The notes beneath the pieces were generated by a model. The model was not told the origin of the DNA and did not search any database. It was given only the letters and a program-made list of their open reading frames with translations. A DNA stretch of 63,364 nucleotides, the filler included, from Porpidia crustulata (taxonomy: Eukaryota): assembly GCA_964255105.1 (NCBI GenBank). It is 13 parts of 13 records of this genome, joined end to end, with 100 filler letters (N's around TTAATTAATTAA, not from the genome) between each part and the next. Parts side by side here need not be neighbours in the genome. Positions count along the whole stretch, not along the records: positions 24,502 to 29,292 come from CAXUWE010001996.1; positions 29,393 to 34,175 come from CAXUWE010001997.1; positions 34,276 to 39,056 come from CAXUWE010001998.1; 10 more parts are not named here. One strand, 5' to 3'. Position 1 is the first letter of the stretch. Every line of letters starts with the position of its first letter. Made by a program: the position numbers and the translations under genes. Positions 24,502-37,172 of the stretch are shown here, piece by piece.

Positions 24502-27500
24502 ATGCATCTGGGAGGGAGTCTTGCGGGATGTTGTGCACTGGCTGGTGATGGGGTTGGGAGGGATGCGTGCTTGTTGTATGTAGGGGATTTGGGGATTTTG
24601 GGGAGTTTCATTGGGATGGGGTAGCGTAGGTTTTGTGGATGAAAGAAGGCAGAAAAGGGGGAGAGAGGGGGGGTGCGAGAATTTGAGAGATTCCTTGCTC
24701 AAGTCTTTGGAAATCTGATTCGATCAGTTTTGGACATGCGGCCTTTCTAGTGCTAGTATCATCAACGAAAGAGGACCAAGATACTTCAGTATTTCTCTGT
24801 GAATAAGTGAGCATCTGAGAATTTTGGGACTTGAAGGAGACGGTTGATAGCTTTTCCGGATTCTGGCAATTGTCGCATTTGAATGAATGAGATAGTTGTG
24901 GATGGAGCTATCCAATGGCCGGACGTTGTAAGCGTCATGAGCTTGCCCACCAAGGCGATATGGAAAAAATTCAATTCTGAGGGCTGCTACACGGTGCAGG
25001 AAGCGTTCTCACTCCCCGATCATGGGACCTCTTCGAGAATGAAGGCTCTCACACTTACGGAATATTCCTATCGGTATGTTGTAGCTCGAGATGATGGTCA
25101 GCAGGCATACAATGCTGCCACCGTAAACGCCAGAAGGGCTTTTCTTTGCGTAGTAGGCTCTCGTACAGGGCACAATGATTGATTTGATCCTGGACCGCGA
25201 ATGCTGAAGGCGGCGTTCGGTATAAGGTAAGTCCTTCGATATACCCACCGATATAGATAGAAATATCCACCATAATGGCGTGCTTGAGTCATAACCTCCA
25301 ATGAGATAAAAGCTTGATCACATGGATTGGGAGAAGCCATAGGAGCTGGAGTAAATTCCAGTCATCATATCCGTTTCGAGGCTTCGGCAATCGCTTAATG
25401 CTCGCGATGTATTTTTCCAGGTCTAGAGATACTGGGGATGTCATCATTCTTGCAAAGCCACGAGTAAGAAATGGCTCCATGCTTCCATCCATCTCATCTT
25501 TCCGGCTCCTTCTGGCCTTCGGATTCCTCTTCGACTCCACTTCCAATGCCGGTGAGGGTGTATACTCGCTTTCGCCGAAAAAGAGGCTTACACAAGATAC
25601 TGGCCCAATACAGCCATCATGGTAAGCTAAAGGATCAGCTTGTGAGAAAGTCAAGTGTGAAAAAAGCAAAGCTCCGTTGAGGCCACTTGAAGACCTTGTC
25701 TAATGACGACGAAGGCTGTTTCGACAAGATCATAGTAATTTTGGTGTTAGGTGGGAAGGCATGAACGGAAGTCAAGTCAATGGAAGCGACAATTACAAGA
25801 TGCACTTCACAGCGGGAAAAGCTCGTGACCCACGAATACGCCGTGCCGGCGTGTGCGGACTCATCGCTTCTAGAGCATATTGGACTCTACACGACGAGAC
25901 TTCTCAATCGAGTAATTGTGGCGGCCAAGGCTCCATTGCCGACACTTCTTCGTCGGAGGGGAGTCAGCCTAATCTGCTTTTGAGACAGATATTCAATCGC
26001 CGTTCACTCTCGTGTTCGCTTCTACATGTCGGTCACACGCAACATGTCGGGTCACACAAAACGCTATCACATTGATCGGAGGTAATATCGAGGATGGTTT
26101 AGGATAGGTATGAGGTTTGGGGTTTGGGATTCGGATAAGGATTTGGGCTCTATACCGATTCCAGAGACCGGGGATTTAGCGTGGGGGTGTGAGTGGAGGC
26201 TGGTGTGCAGGTACGAGTCGACTGTACTCGAATAGGTGATAGCCGGATCGGGTGCGGGAAGTAGGCCGAGATTGATGCGAGATGAACGTGTTTATTGCCT
26301 GAAAGCGTCAAAATAAACAAAATAAATGACAAGATTGGTGCGGCAGACGGCAGATTGTGTGGCCCATGGGCGAACAAAGGACATTAGCAGTTAGAACATG
26401 TTGGATGAATGCTGGGTGGACAGGAGAACGCCATGTACGGTACTACATACGTATATGCACAGTTTCGCATCTCAACCATGGTTACTGCGCGGGCGATCAA
26501 CAGATCTGTTGACAGGCGATCCGAGATCTGAAAGATGATCGTCCGGCACGGCGCATGTTGTGCGTCCCAGCTGGGACCAATCAAACGTCGATACTTCCAT
26601 CACCCAATATCGCGGGTTCATTATTAGAATTCTGAATAATTTACGAGTGGGATGTTGAGAGTTGGATATGATCCAGATCGATAAGATATATCGTTACCAC
26701 TGTAATAATAGTGGTTGGGAGCTCAGCATTGTTCCCTCAAATTGCTCCAATTTTCAGTGATCAAATGACAGATCCTTGCTATGGCTCTGTGCGGGGTCCA
26801 GGTCCTTGTAGAGACAAGACCGTTTTACACTATCGAGTGTCAAACTATCAAGTAATCGATTCCTGGGAAGACTACCTACCGTACTTGGCAACCTGCTAGC
26901 GCTGAAAGGCTCTTGCAAGTCATGGCTGACGGAACAAAGTAATTGATTTCCTATCGTACCGTGCGTACCTATACGACTGAGATGCTGACCGTATCATGTA
27001 TAAGATTCTGGTGCTGAAGTGAGTTTCATGCTGGACTCGAAGGATTTCTGAGTATCCGGTATCCAATAGATGACTCCGACAGTCGGGCTTAGTCCGGAGA
27101 AATCAAAGCAAGGAGACGAGAAAGACAGGATGCATCATTCCCGCTCGAATATGCTCAATGATTCAACTTCAGCAAGACTAGCAGGGTCAGAGGCATGCGC
27201 GTTACCGAGCGTTTGGCGCCTTTCAAGGGTCATTGAAGGCTCAACTCAGTCAAGTCTGTCAATAATATCAATGATAATAATAGTAACGATAATGCTTACA
27301 TGACCTAGAGTTGTGAGGGTAAGGGAGGTATCATTATCATTAGTTTAGTCCTTCAACAACAGTTCGGCGGCTTGAAGTGAGAACGGTCTAGACCGTTTGG
27401 TAGATGCGCCAGTCATATGGGCCTGAACGGGTACTGCCGCGTCATTTCTGATCCCTGACAGATAGATCAGTGATGGGGAGTAGCTGTTGCTGCTGCACGA

Positions 27501-29292
27501 AGTAAATTATGCCTCTATTCCGTTTGTAGGGGAAAGTGGTATTCGAGAGACCATACCGCAGATTTATCCCGTGCTTTGGTGCGGATAGTCCCGAAGAAGA
27601 ATAGATGGAGGGATGGATGAGTAACAGAGGCTTTGGCTGGGCCGTGGGAAATCGGTCTATGCAGTAGGCAATAGAGTACTCGGGTCGTTCTCGTGTCATA
27701 TGAGCTTTGGCACGTGGCCCTGAATCAGAATCTATCTTTATCAATATAATTCAGGTGATAAGTCGTTCGGACAGACATTAATCATCTACGTGAAAATAAA
27801 TCGTCCTGATAAGAAACCACTTGGTGTGGGACTCAATTGTGGGAAACGAAAAACGAAAAACGAAAATGGGTTAATGTGTGCAACTCGGTCGGTAACGGAC
27901 CAATCGGGTAAAAGAGAAAGCATTTGACGTGACAAAGATAGGCCTTGTGGGTCAAGCCGCCGCTGTCAGATTTCCATTCGTGCCAAATCGGTGCTACAAG
28001 TAACGTAAGCATTTGATGGGCTTCCTCATCTCAATTAATTGATGCGGAATGCATCATTCAGGAATGACGAAGTCGGCCCATGACATCAGGGATGCCGCTT
28101 CTTCACCTCAGGCGGCATCAATCCCAGGCGCTTCGTTATCCGGTTCTGTATTTGGCATAGCCTGCATGAAGTCTCCGTGTTCTCCTTCTCATGTGATCGT
28201 TCTGCTAGGACCGAACTTTCAATCGTGGTAGACTTGGATAGACGTACGAATATGAGACTGCAGTCGCAACGTCGGCTTTCCAGGAGTCTAGACTCACACA
28301 AGCCTTTTCAGGGCTTGAGGGCATCGACCAGGGAAGCTGGCCGGTCTCAATGCAGGTCGCGCTAGATCTAACCCGAAAAGCCACCATCTCATCAAAATAG
28401 GTGCCATCAGCATCATGTTCGACCCTCTTTCAGTCACACCAACTGTCACAACCTGGCGTTCCGGCGCAATTAGGACGAGAGATAAGACTAACGTAAGTAG
28501 AATAAAGACTTTAGCCCCATACTGCCCTTGGCCCGGGCAAGGCAGGGTCAAGCAGGGCAAACATGGCTAAGGCGTCTACGGAGAATGCAATTATCGACTC
28601 GTTCGGCCTGTGACCCGGAACGTAGGTGGGCAGTAAGGTAGGTAAGGTGGTAAGTAGGCACTCATCTTCTTATGCAAGTCAGCGATTGCCGTTACAGGGT
28701 TCACCAAAAATTGCTCCTGCTAAAGGTTAAAGGCTAGAGGCGGCGGTGGAGGGAGTAACTGGTGTCAAGACTGCATCTTCCCGGTCCCTTAGCCTTTTAG
28801 GTGCCCCTGTACCGATCTATGCCTCCCTTACCTGGTCAGTGGAAAACCCAAAATTCTTAGGCGTCTGCACACTGCAGCATGCCTTTCCCACCACCTACGT
28901 CTTTTCCCCTACCTGAACCATCCATCACCACCATCATTTCAACCCGAATCAGGCCATGGCTCCCTTTCGTTCCCTTGTAAGCTGTGCACCCGGCATACGT
29001 AGCTCACTACTGCTACCACAACATCATACGCTACTACCATTCCTTTTCCTGGCCATTTCCGACTCTCCCGGTCAGTAACCGAGGTCGGCACTCACCACAA
29101 GCGTCCGGCATTCAGAGAACGTGCGCTTGAAAAGTTACCCATTTTCAGAACATTAGTGAAGCCCAGAAGCATCACAGACAAGGTAGACAGGTCTTACCTA
29201 GCAAGGTATCCGGCATGTCTGACAAGTTACCACTGATTTACCTTGCTGGTGTGGTAGAAAGAATGGTACGCCAGTGACGCGAGAGAGACTGC

Positions 29293-29392
29293 NNNNNNNN
29301 NNNNNNNNNNNNNNNNNNNNNNNNNNNNNNNNNNNNTTAATTAATTAANNNNNNNNNNNNNNNNNNNNNNNNNNNNNNNNNNNNNNNNNNNN
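29293..29392. other. Artificial contig spacer
   Basis: Same 100-bp spacer. Confidence 0.98.
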
Positions 29393-30052
29393 GGGGGGGG
29401 TAACGGGGACGGTAAATGTGGACTAGAGGCTTTGTTAGCAAGCTTCGTAAAGTACAAGTCACACGAGAAAGGGGAAACTGACATTCGGATATGGAGTTGG
29501 ACTAGCAGAAATAACAGATGTAGTCGTAGGCGGCAGAGGAGGCACACTAGTACTCAAAGGTGTCGTATATACACTCGTGGTGGGACAGCCGTACTTGCAA
29601 GTCGTAATAGTGATCGTCGACGTAGTCGATAAAGTGGAGTAGTACGTTGTCGAGTTAGAACTATAGGTAGAAGTTACTGGGCAGGTGGTCACGGTTGTAT
29701 AAGTGGTCATTGTTGTTGGAGACGGGGTGACTGTCGGTGTGGTGTAGACGCTTGGGGTCGAGCAGCCGCCGGCGCAGGAAGTGACAGTGAGAGTAGAGGT
29801 CGATAGGGTCGTCGAGTAGTATGTGGTTGAATTGGAACTATATGTTGAGGTTACTGGGCATGTGGTGGTGGTTGTGTAGGTTATCATTGTCGTCGTTTCA
29901 GTCTGAGGATATGTACTTGACCGTGTTAATCTCAAATACGCTGCATCTCTCTGACTGAATTACCTTGTAGAATTGGTATACCATCTTGGATTGAGATCAT
30001 CGGCGACAGCAGCAGCAATTAGAGCGAACAAAGCGAACGTGGTTCTCAACAT
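29393..30052 (-). CDS. Secreted Ser/Thr-rich cell-wall/adhesin-like protein (3'-truncated)
   Basis: Signal peptide MLRTTFALFALIAAAVA; intron ~29916-29963; two TYTTxTTCPVTSTYSSNSTTYYST..TxTxC.xGC repeats; second intron GTCAGT..GCTAAC..TAG near 29423-29481. Confidence 0.85.
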
Positions 30053-31742
30053 TATGAGATGCATGAAGCAACACCGCGTCTACCGAGATCAAAGCAAGAC
30101 AGCAACGAGTGAGAATGCTGAGCGAAAGTAGGTGTGATATAAAACAGAACGATAACGAGCGAATTACTGCCTGTATATGATATGGGAGGTGGCTGGTAGA
30201 AGACTGATAATATACATGATTAACGGGAAGACATGGTTAGATGCTCATGCACAATTAACTCAATCAAGCAGCAGCATCACGTCAGACGAGCATGGGCAAG
30301 TCCTATCAATTCTTCGTACCCAAGCCATGCAACCCAGGCCAATTGGTGTAGTGGTTCGTCTGCGCGATACAACGTCGTACTCAGCCAGTCTAAAATCCCG
30401 TTGATCAACGAGATCGAAGCACACTAGTACTTGGCGACTGCATGCAAATAGTACTAGCTGATCGAGGTGTAGCGGCCAGGCCATCATCCTTGGCCTCAAG
30501 CACAGGTATGACATTGCGCGACGGACACTTGTCCAGGCAGACGCAGTAAGAGGTAATTGTATCCGACTTATTGCGCGGTGAACGCTATCGCGGATTATCT
30601 CCAATCTTGCTGATGTAAACATTGTCTCAATCACGGAAAGTTGCGTCGAATCCTTCCACGGAGCAAGGAATATGGTGAAGAGGTTGGGAAAAGCAAGGGC
30701 TGGCCAGTGTCCTCCCACAGGGCACTGAGTCGCCGCCAGTGGAATACAAACCCAGTAGTCAAGGCGTCGAAGACAGATGGGGTTCAAGGAGGCGTCTTGG
30801 ACCTTGTAGGTTAAGTCTTGAAGCTTGAAGCTTGGAAGATTGAGCTTGCCCTACAATTAGGAATATTGATCACGGCTCTTCTCTACCGCCCATCTCGAAC
30901 CAAAGCTGGTTATGATAAGCACTAGCAGGCCATGCAGTTATGACATCTCTTGTTGCTAGGGAAGTTTTGCGGTCGCGAGTGGGGTACTCTAGAGTAGAGT
31001 TCGAGGTGATTGATTACTCTTGCGTCCGCCGGTCGACTCGGATGCGCTCCTAAGAATCCTCGTGGATCAGTACCAGGTGCAGGCCGCCAGTAAGTCCCAA
31101 CCCCCGAGTAATTCCATAAAGTTAGTGTACTTGCGACTCCAGGACTCTTAGCTATGAGCAGAATGATCGCCATCGTATTCCATAATGCTACTTATATACT
31201 TGCTAGTTAGTGCTTTGCGCCCGTGGGGATTAGTAGTAGAACGTGGTAGTGGACGAGGGATGTGTGCGAGAGTTGGCGTCCGGTTAGGGTTGGCCGATTT
31301 AGTCGCTGAGTCGACCGTTGATGTTTGCCCTACTCTAGCCAATACCATGTTGACAAACATTGACTTTCTCAACCATCTCCTGGGCTCGCTAACTCGAGAA
31401 TCTTCGCCGCAGATTAATTCTACAGACCGCCATCTACGGATGAGGTCACTGCCCGTTGCACACCGTACATGTTCCTGGATTCTGTCGAGTCATTGCCAGA
31501 AGATCAGTGGACGAGAAGTTTGTTCGTGGATTTGCCCTGCATGCAAGTGCCAGCCATCACGCCACCATGCGTCCCCACAGCTATCCGGCCGCCCCCCTTG
31601 CTCTGTTTTCCCCGCCATCTGTGAGAAAACTAGAGGAAAAAACTAGAGACAAAGTTGCAGAGAACCGCACTGAGAAGCTCGTATTCCTGTCGGGAAGTGT
31701 CGTGATTGGTCGCACGTTGTGTAACAATCCATTGGTCGCGTG

Positions 31743-33668
31743 TCACTCGTCGCTATCATCATCGGACTCACTCTGCCAACCATTCTCGTATGCTTCGCCA
31801 ATCTCCCCGAGCCCATTCATAAGAGTCTCGCGCTCCTCCGGATTGACGATTCTCCCGACGACGTTTTGCAGAGCTCTGACCCTCTGAGAAATTCGGGACG
31901 TTGTCGAGAGGGAGGCTCTGACCGCCACCGTGGGACACAGCAGTTGCGAGAAAATGTCCGGGAAACTGTCCAGAAGCGGAACCTCTAGTGTTGAGTGGTA
32001 CCTAAAGTCTTTGGTGATTAGCTCTCCAATATACAAGAGTACATGCACCCTGCGACGCAACATGCTGAAACTAGCCAATAGCAAATGCACGCCGAGATAT
32101 TGGATACTGACTTTTCGACAACTGGCAAGTTCGCAAGTCGCCTTCTCTTCCGTGTATGGGCCACCTCTTGATCATCCTTGTCGACGTGTTTCTCGAAGTC
32201 ACCGCGAAGAGTTTCTACTTGTCCAAGCGTATGAGCAACTTTGTGACGATGCCTAAGCGATGTGACAGAATCCGTGCTCCCCCAACATGAGTAATCCACG
32301 TCGAGGGTCGCAGTAGTCATCTGCGGATCATCCTCATCCAGCATGAAATCGCTTGTGCTCGTACCTGGTTGTCGATGATCGTGACTTCCATTGACAGCTC
32401 TTGACTTTTCGGCTTTCAAGACCAATGGATCTATGATGCTGCATTGGAGGTTCGCAATACGCTGGGCACCGTTCACATTCAGGGCTGCTTCCATTGCGTC
32501 AAACGTAACATGGGCGCTGCTAGTGTACCTTAACCTCGAGGGAAGCGTCATGCTTTCGACAGCCGTTGCTAACAATGCCGAAGTATGCCATTGAGAGCTT
32601 CGATCGAGTTGTATATATGGTGGGAGCACGGGCGGTAGTGACATCATCGGAATATACATTGACGCCTGCGTCGAGATCTCACAGACGGATTTTGCCGCGT
32701 TGACCGTGCGTAACAGTTGTAAGGCCTATGTACCTTTTCAGTATGCTCTTCCAAATTGTAGGGGCCACTCCGCTGGCATTCAAAATAGTACCCACCCTCG
32801 TCCCTTTTCCTTGCTCCTCTTCCACTCCCCATACCCAAACCGCCATCTTCCCGAACTCATCTCTCAGTCTTTCCACATATCGCGCCCCAAACCCTCCCCA
32901 GGCATCATCTCCGCCTGCCAATACCTGTATCCCCTGCATTTGGTCGCACTCCTCTGCCCAAACCCGGACGTCTCGATCCAATAGATCATGCTCTTTATCC
33001 ATGGTCGCAAATAATTCCTCGCCACTATCCCACTTCTCAAACGGCATCAGGGTAGATCCCAGCTCGTAATCATTGATTTGTTTAATCGATCGTGGGTGGT
33101 AAAATACACGACTAAAGTCAGACCAGAATCGAACAGTGTCGGTGGTCAACTTGGGCGGGACAGCGAGACCCTCATCAAGACCATGTTGGTACTCTGATTT
33201 CGGAATCAAGCTCTCTTTTTGAACAACAACGTTGCCATTCCTAAACTGCCCCATTGACCGTCAGCGGAAAAGCCAGCATGTGCTCCTCTTCTGTACATTT
33301 GTTTACTCACCAGACCATGGCATTTCGCGCATCCTCCCCGTCATCTTTACTCTCGTAACCCCCTCCCCATTTCCGTAAGCCCCCAAATCCTCCTTTAAGA
33401 TCATAGATGAGCGTCCTAGGTGAAAATGTGTCTTCTCCTCTCGCGCCAACCCCTGGGCGGAAATGGATGTTATGATCAACGGGCGAGGAGTCTTGGTCGT
33501 CGTAAGTAAAATAGGATTCCTAGAGGACCTGTTAGAGCTTCGCATGCGAACCAGCGGGGCTGGAAGCTTGTATTGAAAAGAGAAAAAACGAAGTACCTGG
33601 GTATTCCAAAAATGGGTAGCTAGGTAATTTGCTCGGTGGCCGAGCTGAAGGGTGAGTATCTCACGCAT
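31743..33668 (-). CDS. DML1: Misato/Dml1 tubulin-like mitochondrial distribution protein
   Basis: [78 protein letters not shown] and acidic tail [12 protein letters not shown]; several GT-AG introns. Confidence 0.95.
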
Positions 33669-33798
33669 AACGCCAGAAAACCAAGAGTAGTACTGATCAC
33701 AAGTATGAGGGCACTGGGCTTATGCCACCTGGGACATACTATGTATGCTCTTGTATAGTCCGAATAACAAAGTCACCACGTAGAATTGCGCTACAAGT

Positions 33799-33846
33799 TA
33801 CTGTTCTCACCCCTCAACGGACCACCCATCCTAGGGTTAGGGTTAT
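33799..33846 (+). mobile_element. Truncated copy of the TTAGGG-containing MITE
   Basis: TA-CTGTTCTCACCCCTCAACGGAC matches the left TIR at 36792; CCTAGGGTTAGGGTTAT is identical to 36848-36864. Confidence 0.7.
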
Positions 33847-34175
33847 ATCTACCAGTGTTGGTCCACAGCCCTGCATTGATTTTCGCCATGGATAAAACTT
33901 GCGTTCAGCAACCATAATTGACTGATGCTTTACATTTTAATTACTCTTATCTCTCTACGTAGCTGTCTAAAAAACCCAATGTCCTCAATAGCGCCCAGAT
34001 GCTTTATCTTGAAGATGACTGTCATAACCAAGTCTCCAAGGAGCCCAACATTCTCATATCCACCCTCTACTCATGATGAGATATCCATAAGGTAAAATTT
34101 GAAAGGAAATGCAAATTCAATGGAATAATTCCTGGCAAAAAGGGACCAATAAAGGTCAACACTACCGGAAATACG

Positions 34176-34275
34176 NNNNNNNNNNNNNNNNNNNNNNNNN
34201 NNNNNNNNNNNNNNNNNNNTTAATTAATTAANNNNNNNNNNNNNNNNNNNNNNNNNNNNNNNNNNNNNNNNNNNN
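34176..34275. other. Artificial contig spacer
   Basis: Same 100-bp spacer. Confidence 0.98.
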
Positions 34276-34510
34276 CGTAAGCACCCCGAACACCTAGTCG
34301 TAGGACCTAGATGCTCTATTTTCAACAGATCACGTTATAAATAATTAATTTTCGAAGATTGTTGAGATATATGATGGGCTGACTTAGGATGAAAAGGGTT
34401 GTAGATTGAGTCGGTCTAGCTACGTGTCTATATATCGGAGGTCAGGTGATCTTACTAGCGTAAGCACCCCGAACACCTAGTCGTAGGACCTAGATGCTCT
34501 GTTTTCAACA
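34276..34510 (+). repeat. 52-bp direct repeat (34276-34327 and 34459-34510), one mismatch
   Basis: CGTAAGCACCCCGAACACCTAGTCGTAGGACCTAGATGCTCT(A/G)TTTTCAACA twice, with 183-bp period. Confidence 0.95.
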
Positions 34511-34580
34511 AAGATTTAAGATTATTAAATTAAAAACGTTATTAAACCGTAGTTTATTTATCGAAGATGGATGTCTACGA

Positions 34581-36690
34581 TTATTTTATAATCCTCGAAC
34601 TGCGCTTGCATGATAAACGTGTCACCCTGGCGGAAATCGCAACCGGGATTTGAACTTGACGACGCGTTGTTGCCTGTACGCGTTGTGGCCGCTGCTTTGT
34701 GTACAAAGGTTGAAGCGGCTCAAGTGGAGCCTGACTATTTCTGACTTTTTCTTTGGGGAATATGTTTTCTCCTACTTGAACTTCAGGCGCAGGTGCACCT
34801 CTTCTGCTTCGCTGCTCGTTGTTGACAGGTCGAACCGGTTTAACTGGTGGTCGACTGGTTCTAACTTCTTCGTAAGACGCAACTGTTTCCGCTTGAGCCT
34901 TAGGCGGAGGCACTCCTCTTCTGCCTTGTTGTCCAGTATGCGATTCCGATCGATATCCAGGTTGCGGTTCCCTCGACGCATTTGCTGCGTTCCTGTTACG
35001 AATGACCGTCTCGCGGTATGCATCTAGTGCCTCGCAAAGTGTTCGTAGCTGGGCATCGACGCCGTAGTCAAAAATGTTCTTGATTGCTCGAGAAACTGCT
35101 CGAATGCCTTTTTCGTCGTCCAAGAGATGTTTTGAAAGTCCTTCGACATGAAAACTATGTTGTCCTCCTTCTTCAGCTGACGCTCTCAGCCAGTGTACGT
35201 TCACACAGGCAAGTTGATGATCTATAGTGACCGAGAAATATCGTGGCTCTTCATAGTCGAATTTTTCCAATCCGAAGCTGCGCTGTATCAGGTCCAAGTT
35301 GCCGTTCAACGCGATGGCTCCAGCACCGGCAGCCTGATTTGTGGCGATATAGTGAGTTCCATTCTTGGCCTGAGACTTGAACTCGATCTGTAGGAATGGA
35401 AATCGAACCTGCTGATCCGGGACGGCATAGCTTTTGCCGAATTGATCGTCAACGAGAAGATCAATGGTCATGAGCTGTTTGCGCGTGAAGGCCACTTTGG
35501 AATATCCAAAAGCGAGATCCGGCTGCGGCCTCGGTAGGGGAAGTGGAGTCGTAAGCACGTCCGGGTCGAGCGGGACAGGAACGGCACTGGACCAGCGCTG
35601 ATCGGAACTCATTTCTAACTTCTGGTCTGGTATCTCAGCCATAGCGGGAATGATGTGTGGGGCAAACTGTTTGATGATTTTATCTTCGGCCTCATTCTGA
35701 AGCTTGCGAGACTTGTCTTTTAAATTTTGAATGGTAGCATCATCCATTTCAGGTGACAATCGTGGGCGTGAAACGATTCGGTTTGCTCGACGCATCAACT
35801 CAGTGGGAGGATGCTCACATTCAATATAAATATTGCGATAAGTTAGTGAGTCCCGATAATCTGTGTCATGAACATTCGCAGCGGATTTCTCAGACTTTCT
35901 GGATGTGGATATTGTGCCTTTGAAGCTGTTGTCAGGACACGGAAACACGGCGGGAGGTTTGCGGGGCATGTTGACTGATGCTTCGGGCAGTCGGAGTTCG
36001 TTCTCTGTCAAGCCTCTGCGACACCAAGAGGACTCTTCCAGCCAATTCTCAATCAAGTCCTCCTTATCAGGTCCAGTTCTTGTCTCAGTGTGTTGCGCTA
36101 GCCTGTATCTCGAACGTTTCGCGCTGTGGTTTGGTTCGTCTCCGGTACTCGCACAGCACCGTCGTTTAGCTGTTTCAATTAGCAATATGATTTATTGAAG
36201 TGCTGGCGACAACTGACTGCTCTTCTGTGCTCCTAGGTCCGCCGGTGAAATCGAAGGGTCTTTGTCCTTCTCCTTACGACGATTGTATTTCTTTACTGGT
36301 GGTCTCTGCTGGTTCGTAGGTTGTTTCTCTTGTAATCGCGGGCTCTTGCGAGAGTTCTTGGAGCTTGCTATTGCGTTTTGCGGGCGCTGTTGATCGGCTG
36401 CAACATGGTCAGTGACACGCGAATCAGACAATGAAGTGGTCTGAGACAAAGGAACTGACACTTCTTCTGGATTCTTCGGCTCTTTCTCCAGTGCTCAGTT
36501 GTGTCTTCATCCTCTTCTTCATCTTGGCCAGAACGGTGCCGTTTTCCTGTGGTCCGTCGGTCAGGTTGAATTCCAAATAACAGAGGTATTTCCTACGGCT
36601 TGAGCGATCAGGCTTGACCTGCTGACGGCCAGGTTTGTCGTGACCCTTTCGCGCTCCGTCCGTGTCTCGCTTTGCAACACTCGCTGCCAT
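34581..36690 (-). CDS. Fungal PD-(D/E)xK-like (DUF7924-type) protein
   Basis: Core PQPDLAFGYS...FPFLQIEFKSQA...ATNQAAGAGAIAL...YFSVTID..VNVHW. Three GT-AG introns (~36547-36596, ~36400-36461, ~36171-36218) link ATG 36690 to ORF 34581-36185. Confidence 0.8.
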
Positions 36691-36793
36691 ATCGACTGGC
36701 AATGAATGAAGTAAACGGAAAGCTGAAGGAGCGGGGGTCGCAGATAGAGCCTGGTCTTGGGAGTTGCGGAGAACCAAAGATCTGCCTTAGCTA

Positions 36794-36910
36794 CTCGTTT
36801 TCACCCCTCGACGGAACATAGGTACCCCTCAAAGGAATAGTGGTGTGCCTAGGGTTAGGGTTATTTTCGCTAATTTGAGCCTATTTGTTCGGTTGAGGGG
36901 TGAAAACGAG
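36794..36910. mobile_element. 117-bp MITE with TIRs, TA target-site duplication and internal telomere-type repeat
   Basis: Perfect 19-bp inverted repeat at 36791-36809 / 36895-36913, extending to 27 bp with 2 mismatches; TA on both flanks; internal CCTAGGGTTAGGGTTA. Confidence 0.85.
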
Positions 36911-37172
36911 TAGTGGATGGTGGTGCTCAAAGACTTGACGACTAAGCAGCAGTCAGTTATGAATTAATCGTTCTCAATAATAAAGAGTTTTTGCAAATTA
37001 AACTGACGCATGCGGTGGAGCAGGTCAGGATAAAGGGAGAGTGTGAGGCGGCTAATCGATAAGCTGCCCCGTGACCCGCTACTCTAGTGACGTATTGTTT
37101 CTTGAAATTGTGTATTGAGATATTGAAAGGAATTGGAACCCATTGATCTCGAATTTTCACTGACTCCCCGAC

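Noticed and set aside
36848..36864. TTAGGG as a true chromosome end
   Set aside because: Only about two units, internal, and enclosed by TIRs
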